A stretch of DNA of 63,798 bases, filler included, from Choristocarpus tenellus KU-1152 (Eukaryota; Protista; Phaeophyceae), in the NCBI GenBank assembly GCA_964200185.2. It is 12 parts of 12 records of this genome, joined end to end, with 100 filler letters (N's around TTAATTAATTAA, not from the genome) between each part and the next. Parts side by side here need not be neighbours in the genome. Positions count along the whole stretch, not along the records: positions 20,501 to 24,153 come from CAXNAD020018709.1; positions 24,254 to 30,107 come from CAXNAD020009585.1; positions 30,208 to 33,007 come from CAXNAD020024639.1; positions 33,108 to 40,628 come from CAXNAD020006031.1; 8 more parts are not named here. One strand, written 5' to 3'. The notes below the pieces were generated by a model, which was not told the origin of the DNA, did not search any database, and saw nothing but the letters and a program-made list of their open reading frames with translations. Shown here piece after piece: positions 24,116-37,036 of this stretch. Numbering within the stretch: the first letter of the stretch is position 1; every line of letters starts with the position of its first letter. Both the position numbers and the translations under genes were made by a program.

Positions 24116-24485
24116 GTTTTTCGGCTTTTTTTGGTTTTTCTTTTTTTTGTTTGNNNNNNNNNNNNNNNNNNNNNNNNNNNNNNNNNNNNNNNNNNNNTTA
24201 ATTAATTAANNNNNNNNNNNNNNNNNNNNNNNNNNNNNNNNNNNNNNNNNNNNGGATTATGTATTGGTATTTATTCCGCATTCAACTACTTTGACATAAC
24301 CGTTGACTTAGATAGGAAGCACAAACAAATTATAAAGCAATAAGAAGATACCCCACAAAGGCCACTCTTCTAATTTCAACCATGTAATCACGTTCAGCAA
24401 AAAAGGGGGTCGTGTGAGGCTTCACACCTTCTTATCTTCACTACTAACAAATAGCATCACCTCCCAAGGTAAATTTGCATAGACC

Positions 24486-24583
24486 CTTCCTAACAAACAC
24501 GATAGCCAATATTACATCAAAATCGCAACTTTGGATTTTGGCCCCCAAACTGATGTGGCTCTACCCTCTAAGATACTTTGGCT
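24486..24583. mobile_element. MITE family A, half copy
   Basis: CTTCCTAACAAACACGATAGCC...CTACCCTCTAAGATACTTTGGC. Further partial copies at ~51827-51870 and 63730-63798. Confidence 0.8.
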
Positions 24584-24912
24584 TCTAAGACAACTCGGAG
24601 AAATATCACTCTCACGATGTTATAAAAAAAGGCACTGCAAGGATTTCCACAGACCTCTATGATTCAACCATATACCCTACTCTGGGATATGTTGATTCGA
24701 AAATACTCAAAGAAAGTGGAAAAGAATGGAGCATGGGTTGCCTCAACGATGTATCAAACAACTACTGTAAGATTTAAGTCTGCTCAAACAAACGAGAACT
24801 CTGTCGTATTCGTATTATGTGTGCCACCAATACGAAACGTCCCCTCTTACCTAGTATCATTTCCCTCCACGTATAATTAGCTGTGTGTGGAGCCTTTTCC
24901 CAATGGGGTTGT

Positions 24913-25479
24913 GAATGGAATTATCTTAGAGGGTACGAGGTTTGCCCTGTTTGTCCGTTTAGGGCTTGGTTTTCCCACGGGACTTTTTGTGACATTTTCT
25001 TATTACAAAACACTTCAGAATAGATCAAATGTGTACGTTTTGGGAGTAGGTTTCATGTATGAAACTATGAAAACGTCTGTCCGAAATAAGGATACCGATG
25101 TTCAACTAGACTCTTCCAACTCTATCAAATAGTTACGGAAAAAATATGTATGCCGTAAAGGAACAATCCATTAGTGGTTGACTTATCAGAACCTTTTACT
25201 AGTGACTAGTTGTATGAGAATTTTTCTCATCATATAGAAGGAAATGTTTATGATTTTATGGGGCATTGCATGCCCCACCTTAACTTTAATCTATCACTCT
25301 ACAGGCACCAAGCAATCTCGCCGGGTTTATCACCTTTTTATCCTCTTTAATGATTTTGGGGATACTTTAACAACCGACACTTCTTAACAAACCCTGTAGC
25401 CAAAATTACATCAAAAATCGCAATATTGGATTTTGGCTCCCAAACGGACGCGGCTCTACCCTCTAAGATACTTCGTCTC
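24913..25479. mobile_element. MITE family A copy interrupted by a solo LTR
   Basis: 5' half 24913-25098 and 3' half 25373-25479 rejoin at GGATACCGACAC (family consensus GGATATTGACAC). Confidence 0.85.
25099..25372. mobile_element. Solo LTR (274 bp), 5-bp TSD ACCGA
   Basis: Begins TGTTCAA and ends TTTAACA (TG...CA with short inverted ends). ACCGA at 25094-25098 and 25373-25377. Confidence 0.8.
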
Positions 25480-25589
25480 ATACTACTGGCACGCATCAGC
25501 CATCCAACATTATTCTAACTCCCCTCACGTGCTGAATGTTTTATCTTGCTGCGTACAAATTCCTGGGTCATGTACATAATGAACCTTCG

Positions 25590-27134
25590 ATAAACATTAC
25601 TGTTGATACTGCTACTGACATCCAGTAGTTTCACTCGGATACATTCAAGCCCACCCAACCCTTTGCAAGGCACCCATTCGAGAGATTCCAGCAGGTGCTC
25701 TAAATTTAAAGAGGGATCAGGTGGTAAGACCATAATCTGTTCATGTTTTCATTCTATTTACACTACGACTTGGTGACATATCAATGCCAGTCCAACCCAC
25801 TGTCAAACCTAACTTGGGAGAAGAGAAAAAAATATTGGATGACAGCATCATGTCAGCATTTGGGGCAGTGCTAGATTGGGATAAGGAGGAAATGTTGTTT
25901 AAGGACAGCGATATATGCATTCCAGCAACTCACAAAATTACACCACTGCCCATCTGTTCCCCCTTAAGACATGTTTGTCAGACTGCGAATCCATCACCTC
26001 ATATTTCAACTTCAGTCATCACATCTAAGTTCACTACACCAGTACATACAGCAAAAACGATACACCTTCCCCCTCGCACGGAAACGCTTGTCCCAGTTTG
26101 TTCTCAGGCACTCAGAGGAACAGCTACCGATGCAGTGGTGGACCCTATCATTTACACTGGCACAGACCTTCAGCAGAGTCAAAGTAACTTAGAGGGTAGA
26201 GCCATGTCCGTTTGGAGGCCAAAATCCGATGTTCCGATTTTAATGTAATTTCGGCTATTGTGTTTGTTAGGGAGCGTCAATATCCTTGTTTCAGGCACAT
26301 ATTTTAATAACGTATACATTTATTTGCTCCTAAACACTTTGGAGTAGGAAAATGTAAAAAAACAAAATATGGGAAGCCAAGCCCCAAACGGACAAACGGG
26401 GCAAAACTCGTACCCTCTAAGATTCTTTTACTCAGCAAGAGGACGACATACATTCCCACTGGCAACATATTATGGTCAGTCGAACCCTCACTGTTTCGGA
26501 AGAAGAGGGAGGATGTTTAGTCAGAATTGTCGATTTATTTGAAGAAGGGGTCAAACTGCCTGCGAATTTTGTAGTGGGTCATATCTCCCCTGTGTGAACC
26601 ACATATTCCCTTTCGGATGTTATCACAAGTGCAGTTGCAGTCAGACCCTCTACCCCCAAAGAGCTGAAACAAGCTAGGGATGATTTGAAGAAGGTTTTTT
26701 CTAAGAAGCGTTTGAAAATACACAACTAACACTTTCTGAACAAGAGGAATTTGTATATATTGTGGCTAAATTCAGACCAGTCTTTTCATTATCTGAACGT
26801 GAATTTGGTTGTTGCGCCACTTCTTCCGTTGTTTTCCACTACAACCAGGCACTACCCCGGTTAGTATACCACCCTATTGCGCGGCACACAAAATATGCGA
26901 CGGTATTCGTCAACGTGTAACTGGTAGGGAAAAGCAGGGCATTGTAAAACTCTCATCTAGCCGATGGTTATCCCCTGTTACCATTGTTGCAGAGCCGGAT
27001 CGATCTCCTCGGTTCTGTGCTAAATTTTGAGTAACCATGAATAAGCGTTTGATACGTAATTCGTGGCCTTTACCATCCATAGATGAGTGTTTATCCACCT
27101 TGGGGGGTTCAAAATATTTGTCTTGTTTAGATAT
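25590..27134 (+). mobile_element. Decayed Ty3/gypsy retrotransposon pol (protease to RT N-terminus)
   Basis: Protease-like VDTATD (~25601), 'FGAVLDW', RT motifs GIVKLSSSRWLSPVTIVAEPDRSPRFC and MNKRLIRNSWPLPSIDECLSTLGGSKYLSCLDM. Interrupted by MITE A at 26176 and truncated at MITE B 27135. Confidence 0.85.
26176..26433. mobile_element. MITE family A copy (258 bp), TSD AGCA
   Basis: AGCA at 26172-26175 and 26434-26437. Excision restores the gypsy frame (TDLQQ-EDDTHSHWQHIMVSRTL). Confidence 0.92.
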
Positions 27135-27316
27135 GGCTCAAAGTGTCTGGAGGGAGGGCCGGGGGTGTACACCAGGGTTTTCATCCACGCCCTGACCAGG
27201 AGAAGTGCACGTACATTATCCATCCAACGCATGCAACCAAATCACCCCAAAATCGCGACATGTGAAAGTGGGCCCTGAATGGACAGCCACCACACAAACC
27301 TAGGTACTTTGAAGCT
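27135..27316. mobile_element. MITE family B copy (opposite orientation)
   Basis: GGCTCAAAGTGTCTGG...CATTATCCATCC..CGCATGCAACCAAATCACC...ATGGACAGCC; degenerate right end. Confidence 0.8.
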
Positions 27317-27789
27317 CTGTTGTGTCTGCTCGTAGAGTATCATATATTCTTGAAGATTGAAAATCAAGTTCTCCGATCTTGGACAGGTTATACTCGTAAG
27401 AATAAATGCCAAGTAAAGGTTAATACTTGGAGACTGGAAGAACTATAATGAAGTCAGTCAAGGACTGTGATCCCAATATAAAACAAGCAAGGAGTGTGTC
27501 TTCGCAAAATTTACAATTCCAACCTATAATATAGACATTACAAATATCAATGGAAGAGGAAGATCAGTATTCAATTGGATAGGTTAAAACAGAGATGAAT
27601 GTAAGTAAGAAGAAAAATACGTTTGGTCCTTCCAAGTGTCTTGTTGTTGCCACTAATATTAGTAAAAGCTAAAAACATTACATCTAATATAAGGATTGGT
27701 CAGGTTCTTTCATTTAATTATGATAATAAATTTGTTGAAACAGCTGAATCTGAATGTATGTATATATATATATATATATATATTCAAAA

Positions 27790-28109
27790 TCAAATTGACC
27801 ATGGCCATAGTACAAACCAGCACCTCCCTGTAACATCCATGTACCGGTTATAGCACCTGAAACAAGCCACCCCGCGGCATTAGTGGCACCTATTATACCA
27901 TTGCCACCTACCACTACGTTACCTGCAACATTACCCATAGCAGTTAAGCGTTGTCCATCTACATTATTAACATGCTGTCCCACAGCACCGACAGAAACGT
28001 TACCTGCATTAACATCAAGAGTAAGATCGTGAGCATTTAAAACATCACCCACAGTTTGAAGGTACATGTAAACTAGTAGTACCACGTACCCATTGATGTT
28101 GCAACACAC
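27790..28109 (-). CDS. G/N/V-rich intronless ORF, beta-helix or fibre-like, unknown
   Basis: LNAHDLTLDVNAGNVSVGAVGQ...MGNVAGNVVVGGNGIIGA. Protein-like composition only; no family assigned. Confidence 0.3.
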
Positions 28110-28805
28110 ATTATTTTAATAGTGAGGATGGAAGGCTAATTTTTTGCTGTGTTGAGATGGTGAGTGCGGGGGGGGGGGGGGGGTTGACATACTCACCTGA
28201 CATACTCACCTGAAAGAAGTCGAAACTCACTCTTATCAAACTATTGATCAGAATTGCCACACCACAACGGCATCTAATTGACACCTAAATGAGCATTAGG
28301 TTCATCCATGCCCATCAGTACTGAAGCCACAATGTCTGTATGCATGCAAAAGCATGTACAGCACGTAAGCGGAAGTGTAACAATCAACACAATGGTGTGT
28401 TCATTGAAACTTATTTTAAACACAGAAATAACGTGCGGTATGCGAGCGTGTTGTATATATATAAATGTGTGTGGGACGAGGAAGCTACCTCTTCTTAGAA
28501 ATGGCCGTAACACTCCACTAAAGACCAGAATTACTATGGTGCTGCTCAAATTTGCTGAAAATTAGTGCATGGTGTACTCTATATTCGTGAAGAAACGGAC
28601 TTAAAGAAAGGTTTGGAACAATCCAATGACGAGGTAGCTACCAACTATATCCCCAATCACACTACTTATATTGTTGCTCAAGTTTCCAGCTGGTATCTCC
28701 TGTATGTTGGGCAGGTAGACTAGAGGCAGAAATCAACCCAAGATCTATCCATTGAGGCCTTGGATGCCACCCTTGTTTCGCAAGAGCAACGCCTGTCGAA
28801 AGTGA

Positions 28806-29063
28806 GAGTCAAAGCATCTTTAGAGGGTAGAGCCACGTCCATTTGGGGACCAAAATCCAATGTTGCAATTTTGATGAAAGTTTGGCTATCAATTTTGTTA
28901 GAGTTGTCAATATCTTTGTTCTGGACACTCCATTTCAGAACATACATATTTTACCTACTCCTAAACATCTCGAAGTAGATGAAATGTCATTAAAACCCAT
29001 GGGAAGCCAAGCCCCAAATGGATAAACAGTCAAAAACTCGTACCCTCTATGATGCATTCACTC
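28806..29063. mobile_element. MITE family A copy (258 bp)
   Basis: GAGTCAAAGCATCTTTAGAGGGTA ... TACCCTCTATGATGCATTCACTC. Confidence 0.9.
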
Positions 29064-29847
29064 TATGCGACAGGGATGTTGAACGCTGTGAACATCTCAT
29101 TATTGTTTGAGAAACATGCACAACGGGCGTCATCTATTAATATCATGTTCCACACAACTCTCTCAATGTCAAATATCATCACTCTCCTCCTCCTTATAAC
29201 ATAATCATTGTGTACCTCTTGTGCTACCTGCCAGTGTCGTATTGCATGGTATATGACATAATGGATTGAGGTCGGGTATTACGAACCTGAATACAATGTG
29301 ATATCAGTATTTTGGTATAGATTAGTGGGTTGTCTCGACCGTCAAAGTCCTTCGGAACCATTGTAACCCCAACCATGCACACAAAATGGAAGTTACACTA
29401 CCATTCAGCCAAAATTGTTGTACACTAGAGCATATGTTGCTCCTATTTGTTGAGAACACACATCATACTCATCCCATACTGGGGTCCAACACAGTATTCA
29501 TTCCAGTACTTCAGCAAAGGTATCAAAACCAACTACCTGCAGTCATAATGACATCCCATTTAGCGTTCTTCAGAGCAAGCCTTCTCTAGGGAAGGTATCA
29601 ACACAATGTGTCGACATACTTCTACAATACTATAGCATGCAATGAAAATTCCTGCAAGACACAACGGAAACGACCACACTCCATCTCCTCCAGTCAGACT
29701 GGATACCTATGCCTCCCAATATTCCCATGTTTGTTCGAAAATCAGGAAGAACAGCCATTCCTCTAACCTAATAAGAAAAGGACAGGGCAACTACAAATAA
29801 TCTCTTTGCTCCCAACTAACCATGCATGCGTTGTATCATCGGTTGTG

Positions 29848-30107
29848 TCATTGGGGACGATCCCCAATAGCCTTCATCTCCTCAAGCAGGGAGACTGCAG
29901 CCTCCCATTGCCCTGCATTGCGCAATGCTGTGCTGCATGAGTTGTACGTGATGACATCGGGGACAACACCATTAGCCTTCATCTCCTCAAGCAGAGAGAG
30001 TGCAGCCTCCCATTGCTTCCCATGCCGACATGCTGTGATGCATGAGCTGTACGTGATGACATTGGGGACAACACCATTAGCCTTCATCTCCTCAAGCAGA
30101 GAGTGTG
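29848..30107 (-). CDS. Pentatricopeptide-repeat (PPR) protein, C-terminal fragment
   Basis: 35-aa repeats LLEEMKANGVVP(N/D)VITY(S/N)SCxTAxxxxxQWEAA encoded by 105-bp tandem DNA repeats. Truncated by contig end. Confidence 0.92.
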
Positions 30108-30248
30108 NNNNNNNNNNNNNNNNNNNNNNNNNNNNNNNNNNNNNNNNNNNNTTAATTAATTAANNNNNNNNNNNNNNNNNNNNNNNNNNNNNNNNNNNNN
30201 NNNNNNNACCCCCCCCACTAAGATACTTTGAGCCTGCAACTGCTTTTT

Positions 30249-30433
30249 GGCTCAAAGTATCTTGGTGGGGGGGGTGGCGGCTGTCCATTTGGGATCAATT
30301 TTTTCATGTCACGAATTTTGGATGATTTGGTTCCATGCGTCGGATGGATAATGAAAGTGTACTTTTCCTGATTTTGAACCCAATGGACACTCTGGTGTAG
30401 ACCTCCCCCCGCCCTCCCCAGATACTTTGAGTC
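30249..30433. mobile_element. MITE family B full copy (185 bp)
   Basis: GGCTCAAAGTATCTTGG ... CCCCAGATACTTTGAGTC. Lies 14 bp from the end of another B copy (30208-30234). Confidence 0.9.
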
Positions 30434-30803
30434 TGCAATGAGTTGGCCATAGCAAGCATAGAAGAAGGCCGAGTTGTCCCTCCAAGTTGATCAGGTGACG
30501 AGACATGGGATGGCGTAATGTTCACACTGCAGGAGGAAACGGCTTCTGAGGTACGTGGAACGTGCCCGCATACTGATTCTTCCAATAATGTCTTGAACGA
30601 AGCGGGAGAATTTGTAAGGATCATATTTGTTACAGGCGATATGTCTATACATCCTGTGGAGGTAAGCTTTCGGGGGTGCCTGTAACATATTGTCATATCC
30701 AGTGCAACTTGAAACCTGCCTACTATAGGTGAGGTGAATGGGAGTGCTCTTCCTGAGAGGGCAATGAGGAAAGAAGGGGTCAAATCAGCCTGGGGGTGGG
30801 CAT

Positions 30804-31062
30804 GACTGAGAGTATCTTAACGGGGACAAGTTTTTCCCTGTTTGTCCATTTGGGGCTTGACTTCCCATGGGTTCTTTTATGACATTTTCCTACTCCAAAA
30901 TGTTTAGGAGTAGGTAAAGCGTGTACACTATGAAAGGTCGTGTCCAGAACATGAATATTGAGACTTCCTAACAAACACGATAGCCAAAATTACATCAATA
31001 TCGCAAAGTTGGATTTTGGTCCCCAAATAGACGCGGCTCTACCCTCTAAGATACTTTGGCTC
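30804..31062. mobile_element. MITE family A copy (259 bp)
   Basis: Interior matches family A; right end TACCCTCTAAGATACTTTGGCTC. Confidence 0.9.
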
Positions 31063-32228
31063 ATTTCACATCTCTTTGGCCACCCTTCCTGCGAAACAAA
31101 TGCAAAATAGTTCCAGAGTACTGATCGAAGGTTGAACAAGAGGATAGAATTTGACAGGAGCCCACTGGTATTGTTGAACTGCGATATACGGAGTAGCATC
31201 GACAATCTACAGAAGCAAATATATATGTATTCCATGATGATGCATGCTACTTCTTGCAAAATCCCTTTCACTGTCTAAGAAGTAGTCCCCCACAAGCCGT
31301 GAGCAAACCCCTGCTGTAGATACGCTCTGGTATTCTGATAAATAGTTGGTCGTGGGATAACAACATAGAGCAACTCAGTTTGACAATCAACAGTACAATT
31401 TTATCAGATGGTATTGTTCGAATGTGATAATGATCATCAATTCATCTCAGTCAAGGTTTAGTTTTCATGTGCCCTGATAGAGGTTTCGCTACTGCGAGGA
31501 TCAACAATTTTTCGGTCTGCCAAGAAATAAAAGAATCGGAGTTAAAACAACTGTGAAAAGGCGAGGTTGCATTTTAAGGATCCCAAGAAAGATCAAGTGG
31601 TGCCATTTTGTACAATTTCAGAACGAGGCTCTGCTGAATTGTGACGTCACTTTGTGTGTGGAAAGGGCAAGAATAAGTTTTGCGTACACTGTTATTTATA
31701 AATCAATGAAATAGGGTGTTCCACAGGGTAGGAAAGATCGCTAGGAAGGCAAAAGGGGGCAAACTGACCTTCCTCTCAAATGGATTGGCACGATGGTGTG
31801 TTGTCATTAATTTGTCCATGGGTTTTTGTTTCAAGCGTTTGTAGCGTGTAGACGGTAGAATGCACCAAAAAATGCCTCACTGTATTTTTTTTTTGTATTA
31901 ATATTAGGTATTTCGAAGTATATTTGTAAGTGTACTATTTTCGATCTGGTGGGTGTGAGTGACTAGATAGTGGACTTGCTTATTGCTTCGTTTTGTCTTG
32001 ATTTTTCTTTTGCTTGATTTCATTCTTTTTTGAGCATTTTTCTCTGTGTATTGTTTTGCCGTTGTGTTGCGTTCATTCATCATATGTATGCGAACCAGTG
32101 GAGACTTCTAGCATGATCGGGGTCAACCCGGACGATATTTGTACCTTTGCATACACCTTCCAACAATAGTTGTGGATTTCATACTACTTCAAAGTGGCTG
32201 GGCGTCTTCTCCGGGTGGCTGGTGTTTG

Positions 32229-32492
32229 GAACCAAAGTACAAAAGAGGTACCCATCCAGAATTATATTTTAAGAGTGCCGGCAAATTTGCGCAAAATTCG
32301 ACCTTTTCAACAAATGGGTACAGGATAATTTCGGAATTCTGTCCAATATTTTTTTTTAAATTGAGAAATTAACCCTCTCAACTAAAATCTGATACTTCAT
32401 TCATAGCAGCAAGGGTGAATTGTAAAAGATTGAAAAAACTGTCTAAAAATGCATTAAGGTCAAACCTGGGTACCTCGTGTTTACTTTGGCTC
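32229..32492. mobile_element. MITE family C copy
   Basis: GAACCAAAGTACAAAAGAGGTACCC ... GGGTACCTCGTGTTTACTTTGGCTC. Confidence 0.75.
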
Positions 32493-33107
32493 TTGTTTGC
32501 TGCAGCTCTAGAACATTCACGTTGCAATACCTCAACAACATTATAAGATGTTAGGGTCCACTCAGATGCATGAGATAGCATAAAAATATTCAATTGCAAA
32601 ATACTGGGACTCAGAAAAGCAACATCATTTCAAGAAGGGGCAACGTAAAGAGCGGGGCGCTATCAAGGGGGCGAACTGACTGATCTGTTCTTCACAAGGT
32701 TTTACACACAATGCTTAAGTGCAAAAGTAAATTGTAGTCAAGCCGAACAGCTTGTAGAGTCTAGAGCTGACTACCTTCTCGGTAGCTTAGGGGGTGTACA
32801 AAAGTTGCAACATGCTGACGTATGACCACTAGTCAAGGGAGGTCAGGTAGGGTGGAGGTAGCGGAGAAGTTCCTTACATACGAAAAAATAGTTATATTAA
32901 CTGGGTCAAAATATCTTGGGGGGGGGGGATGGTTTGTGATGGGGCGTCCGTTTCGGTCAAACAACGTTTTTTTTTTTTTATATTTCAAATCCGACACGTG
33001 CGACCGANNNNNNNNNNNNNNNNNNNNNNNNNNNNNNNNNNNNNNNNNNNNTTAATTAATTAANNNNNNNNNNNNNNNNNNNNNNNNNNNNNNNNNNNNN
33101 NNNNNNN

Positions 33108-34467
33108 GAGAGTGGGCTGTGCGGGTTGATGTCTATGGAAAAACCCTCCCCACCCCAACTTGAGCAGCATACAGTGCCCAAAGACAACATCCATAAGCAA
33201 GGGGGTGAGCTCAATAGGAGCTTGCCCTCTGAGGGGGCACGGGGGGCATCGACAGCAGCGAGCGTAGAGTCAGATAATCTCAAAACAAGGGGGCCTGCTG
33301 GTGGAGTTCGTTATTCTCTTCACACCCCTGGTAATATTGTTGTAGGTGAGAAAGGTGTAGGTGGTATGCAAAAGCCTGAAGCTGATGTGAGAAGGGCAAA
33401 TATCATGGAGGTTCCAGCTGCAGGCCAGCGCCTGGGGCAGACTGTTCTTTGTTCGCAGCGGAGTAGCCTGGTTGGATCAGGCGTTGGCATCAAGGAAAAC
33501 AGTGGCCCGGGCGACAACAGGACTGGAGGTGGTCCTTTACTGGAACCTAGGCACCAGAAATCCCCACAAACTTTGCTCAGTAATGTATACAGCAGAGGAG
33601 CCGGAGGTGGCACCACAGGAGCAGAGAAAGACCTCTCTAGTGTTGAGTCATTGGTTGGCAAGGAGGAAAGGGTTGGACGAGAGATCAATCCTCTCCGGGT
33701 CAAACAACCTTGCACCCTTGTAGACAAGGTTGCCCCTTTGAAACCTCCAAGGGGGCTAAACGGGCAGCGGGAGAAATCTACTGCACCATTTGCCACTGAC
33801 GCAGTGCAGCAAGAGCTGCAGTCGGTGAAGGCCTTGGAACGGAACCTAATGCTGCTGCAGATGGAGGCTTCTCAGGTGAATGATTCTGGGACCAAGTGGT
33901 GGTTGCGTGGTTTGTGTTCAAGGTATTTCTTCTTGCATCTTTCCGTTTAGACCCTTACAGGTCCTCCATAGGACCTCTTCCTAAACTGTGCTGAGATTGA
34001 TAAGGTATGAGAACAAAATGATAATGAATTGTGACACAGGGTGGGTAATTGAGCTATAGGTCATATTGAGCTGATTAGATGTGTTTACTCTGGAGTTGTC
34101 AGCAGGTTCTGTGCACTCCAACCATGTATGTCCATTTTTCTTAGTTCTGCTAGTTTCATATTTGGCGGGCAGTCCTATGTGCTCTAGAGAGTCATTGTAA
34201 CCTTGTTGGCTCGCAAAACACGCCGAGGCATACCACTCCTCCCCCTCATTCCTGTCATTGCGCTCTGCTCATTGGCATGAGGAATATCTAAACCTCTTGC
34301 TGTTTGTGCTGGGGCAGCTGGATGCGGAGCAGATGAAGCTTGTACCTAAGGCATTCAAGACAATTAAGGGGCGTTTACGTATGCAGGAGATTGAAGACCG
34401 CCTGGCACATCTCGGCAAGGAAACATCAGATGTGCGGATGTCACTTCGAAGCACAAGACCTATCTAG
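33108..34467 (+). CDS. 3' part of a gene with an MPHOSPH9/enkurin-like C-terminal coiled coil; exons <33108-33875, 34318-34467
   Basis: Spliced C-terminus VKALERNLMLLQMEASQ|LDAEQMKLVPKAFKTIKGRLRMQEIEDRLAHLGKETSDVRMSLR resembles the MPHOSPH9 C-terminus (EALEDRLERINRELGSVRMTLK, recalled from memory). Canonical GT-AG, phase 0. Confidence 0.7.
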
Positions 34468-36021
34468 GCATTTAGGATCCGTTTGCTCTTGCCAGTGTTG
34501 CCTATGGAAAGAAAGGGTGATATCCTTCTATGTTTTCCTTCCCATAACACCATATTCTATCAAAGAAAGGAGTGGACTCGATTTTCAACCAGCTACTCTT
34601 GTATGTGAAGGGACAGAAGGAAGGTGGAGAGTTCACACTGGGATAATGAAGTACTTCCACTCTCAAGGCACAAATCATGCAATGTGTGATGTACGCTTGT
34701 AGCTCATTGGAGTGCATTCTTCTGTACACGAGATTTGAAGTAGGCGGCCAAGTTCTTTCTTGTTTTTCATGTATTGCTATAAACACAACTAAGGGTGTGT
34801 GATTTGTGATAAAAAAAATATGTATAGCTCTATATCATTGTGTAGATGTCTGTTTGTTGGTTTGTACGGAAGCGGGATAATTTTGCTGTTTCTGTTGTAC
34901 TTTCGAAATGTTTTTTTATTATTAACTACTCCAGAGTAGGTTAGCAGGAGCTCTGCTCTAGAGCTTCTCTAGTGCACACAGTGTCTGTATGATATCAAAC
35001 GGATCCATCACTCTGAGTGAAATGCAGCTGTCTGTGGGGGATGAGTGGAATAATTAAGAGGTGAGCTGCAGGCAAGGCAACTTTCAATTTGAGCGTTACA
35101 TGAGGGTTGCATCCCTCACTGTGTTGTACTTCCAACAGTCTGGTGCAAGGTTGTTTTGGGGCATGTCAATTGAGAGGAAGGGCTACTACTCCAACAGAGT
35201 GGAGGTAAGTTTCAGCATCTTGGAGCCAGGTATGTCCGGATTCTTCCTTGGCAAAAGAGCAACATGCATTAATATTGAGATGTTTTTTGGTACAAAAGGA
35301 GATGGTAACAGCCAAGAACACGTAGGTATTTCCCTCTCCAACTTGGAACTTTTTTCTTGAATCCAAAGCACAAGGACCTGATCATTGTCCAGTGCCTTGC
35401 ATAGGACAACAAAAAGCGCGGTGAACTAAATCGACTCATCTTGAGCCAATCATCACCATGCCTGTGATGGTCTTTGCAGATCAAACTTGCAATGGAATTG
35501 ATTCCTTCGTTGGTAGTACATGGTATCTTACCAACATTTTTGCATATTATCCTATACAAATTCGTTGCAAATTTTGCATTTCTATTGTGTGTTGGAGCAA
35601 TGACAATCCAACCAACTTTGTATGAGTATTGGCACTCTTGTGCTAGCAACCCCACCTCCTTAACATCATTAAGACTCACGAGCTCAAATATAAAAAATTG
35701 ATATACTCAACACCTGAGGTAGGGTTATGCTTAAGTGTGTCATGGTCACCACCATTTCCTGTTTTTTTTGCTCACAAAAGTGTGAAAATTGCTGTCGACG
35801 TACTATGAGGATCACACAAAATGTGGGTACTCATTAACACTTTCACGAGTTTAGAGTATGGAGTGTTCGCACATGGTATCTATAAACAGAGCAAACCAAA
35901 TCGAGACAAGGAAATGGCATACAATGCCTCTGACTAAGGTGATGAAAATCTGAGGATTATCTATCCCTGTGTTGAAGGGCGGAAGTAAAAGCTTGAGAAG
36001 GCCGATTCTAAGGCAGTTGGA

Positions 36022-36719
36022 TCACAGTTTCAACTTTCGACCTCCACCACGACGATTACCTACGTCGAAGTTGGACAATTTTTCCTCCATTAAATCCAAT
36101 TCTTCATCAAGCGTTGCCAGCTGTTTTTCCAATAATTCTGCTTCCCTTCGTTCCCCACGCTGCTGAGCTCCACCAATATGGTACAGGAGGTCATCTCGTC
36201 GTTGGAAGGATGCCTCGTACTGCTGCTCCAAGGTTCGCCTTTCTTTATATTGTGTAGTGACCTGAGGTGGGTAATATAGGAGGCATGATCATGGCGACCG
36301 ACCATCCCCAAATATCTATTCATTCTATGAATGATATCGTAGCCGATGAAGTTCATCGTTCAGCCCAGGAAGCTAGAGGTAGCACGAATGAACTGATGAC
36401 ACTACAAAACTTTGCAAATGTTGGACTGAGGAAAGTTGGTGTATAGCCTTAACCTATTCATCTCGATCAGACCGGGAGGGCCAAAATTTGAATACACAGC
36501 AGATAGAATGACGGGAACACATACCATCAAAGGGGAGGACGGGGGGTAAGGCAAACTGGCGATGAGAGACCCAGACCGCATTGTTGTTTGATCTCTGACC
36601 TTGCCAAAGGACAACGTCCCCCAGCAGGTCCACATCAGCCCAAAGTAAACGAGGACAAGGACGAAAAATATCAGCCATATGTGATCTGTCCGCTGATCCA
36701 TGTACGGGTCACTTCTCAA
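36022..36719 (-). pseudogene. Two short intronless ORFs (hydrophobic ORF; frameshifted coiled-coil ORF), unknown
   Basis: 36402-36719 has a TM-like stretch. 36356-36022 reads MNFIGYDIIHRMNRYLG...KKGEP / EQQYEASF...LEKQLATLDEELDLMEEKL across one frameshift. Confidence 0.35.
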
Positions 36720-37036
36720 CTCGTTTGTTCTACCTGTACTCGACGGAATATAATATATAATGGGTAGTAACTATAATAAGAGGGCTCTCTATATCCTTGG
36801 AAGGGAGTAATAAAAAAGTTATTCCTAGAGCAGTTGCATCGACCAAATTGGAAATATTTCAGAGAGTAACAGTAACAGTAGTTCCAACTACTCTCTGAAG
36901 TTATGTGATATCAGGGTTCACGTAAGTTCTCCACCAGGATGGGTACACGTTAGATCACAGGTTCGAGCGGCCGGAGAGTGGAGAGAGAAGGGAGAAGGAT
37001 CGTGGGTAGCTCGACCTGCTACATTCGAGATAGAGG

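Noticed and set aside
31641-31650. GTGACGTCAC CRE-like palindrome (TGACGTCA also at 63541) as a regulatory site
   Set aside because: No linked gene start can be shown, and such short matches are expected by chance in 64 kb.
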